From contig AP026129.1 of assembly GCA_030295235.1 (NCBI GenBank), forward strand, positions 124,001-188,000: a stretch of DNA of 64,000 nt, given 5' to 3'. A program made the translations under genes and the position numbers. Under the pieces are notes generated by a model that was not told the DNA's origin, searched no databases, and saw nothing but the letters and a program-made list of their open reading frames with translations. Source of the DNA: Fistulifera solaris (Eukaryota). Shown here piece by piece: positions 63,132 to 64,000 of the stretch (the first letter of the stretch is position 1; each line of letters opens with the position of its first letter).

Positions 63132-64000
63132 TGGTTAGAAATAAGCAAACTAGGCAATGAATGCTTTTAAACTACTTGATAGGTGATGATTCTTGTTTCT
63201 CTTGTCGTCGCAACGAAAAGGAAGACGATTGTTCAGAGGTTAGATCCTCGCATAATTTCAGACAGAGTTTTTAGCAAGGAGGTACTTCTACCAGGGTATA
63301 AGCAGTACGTATTAGTGCAACTTTGCAAGATACATCAAACTGGTACATCGTTAAACTGTCAAATGGAATGACCGGGCTTAATGGTCATTGAAAATGAGTC
63401 ATGACTCATGACGAATGACGACCGAATTCAGACGATAAGGGCAATATTGTTACTTGTTTGTTAAATCTCGCCGATTAGCAAATAGTATAGAGCTTATTGT
63501 CTCTCTTTGTCTATTCTGAATCATCAGCGAATAACAATAAGCTTTTTTACGTTTTGATCCAATAACAAAAGATTTATTGCGCCAAAAGGCCTTATCCAAT
63601 ATCCGAGCCATACAAGAATTTAAAGAACTTCGCGGACCCGACTCGGGACTCCTCGGTCCTCGGCCCGTGCCCCGCATCCTCGACGTTAAGGTAAAAACGA
63701 TTCCAGGTTCCAGGTTCACGCCCGTTGACTGACTCAACTTGTAAAGTCGTTTCTTTTATTTTCACCTACTTTCTGTGACTAGCTACTGGCTACTGGCTAC
63801 TGGCTGACTCTGAAGACCAACTTACTGATCCTTCAATGGATCCTTCGCGCTTCGTTCGCGCTGACGACTCACCCATTTGTCATCTCTCATCTCATCCAGA
63901 TCTCGTCTACAGTAACGTCTGTCAAATGTTTAATGCAAAGTAACGAGTCTCGTTTCTCGTTTCTCGTCCATATTCTTTGTCCTTTGTCCTTCCTCCGCGA

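Noticed and set aside
63780..63990. Short heptamer repeats (CTACTGG, CTCGTTT, CTTTGTC)
   Set aside because: Only 2-3 copies each; ordinary low-complexity sequence, not telomeric.

Overview
Gene-dense eukaryotic nuclear DNA with short GT-AG introns (mostly about 60-110 nt) and tight intergenic spacing. An ASAF-type bipartite plastid presequence (16402-17076) points to an ochrophyte, most likely a diatom; the species cannot be fixed from sequence alone. About 30 protein genes are present, mostly housekeeping: GEN1, TPT1, KLHDC4, THOC7, RPB10, golgin-84, SART3/Prp24, KAS, RRP1/Nop52, SMYD, RCC1-repeat, RECQL4, TGS1, SPCS1, TUL1, SDHAF2 and an HSF. Many carry single-base frameshifts at homopolymers, which look like sequencing or assembly errors. 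The most notable items are: (1) one protein combining ubiquitin-binding-like helices, a PARP-like ADP-ribosyltransferase domain, a RING finger and a Deltex C-terminal domain; (2) an intron-containing adhE very close to the gammaproteobacterial enzyme; (3) a mosaic tandem duplication of a CNNM/CorC Mg2+ transporter; (4) a tail-to-tail pair of QSOX-like paralogues; (5) two tandem repeat arrays in bidirectional promoters. No rRNA, tRNA, CRISPR array or intact transposon was recognised. All family assignments come from recalled motifs, not from database searches.
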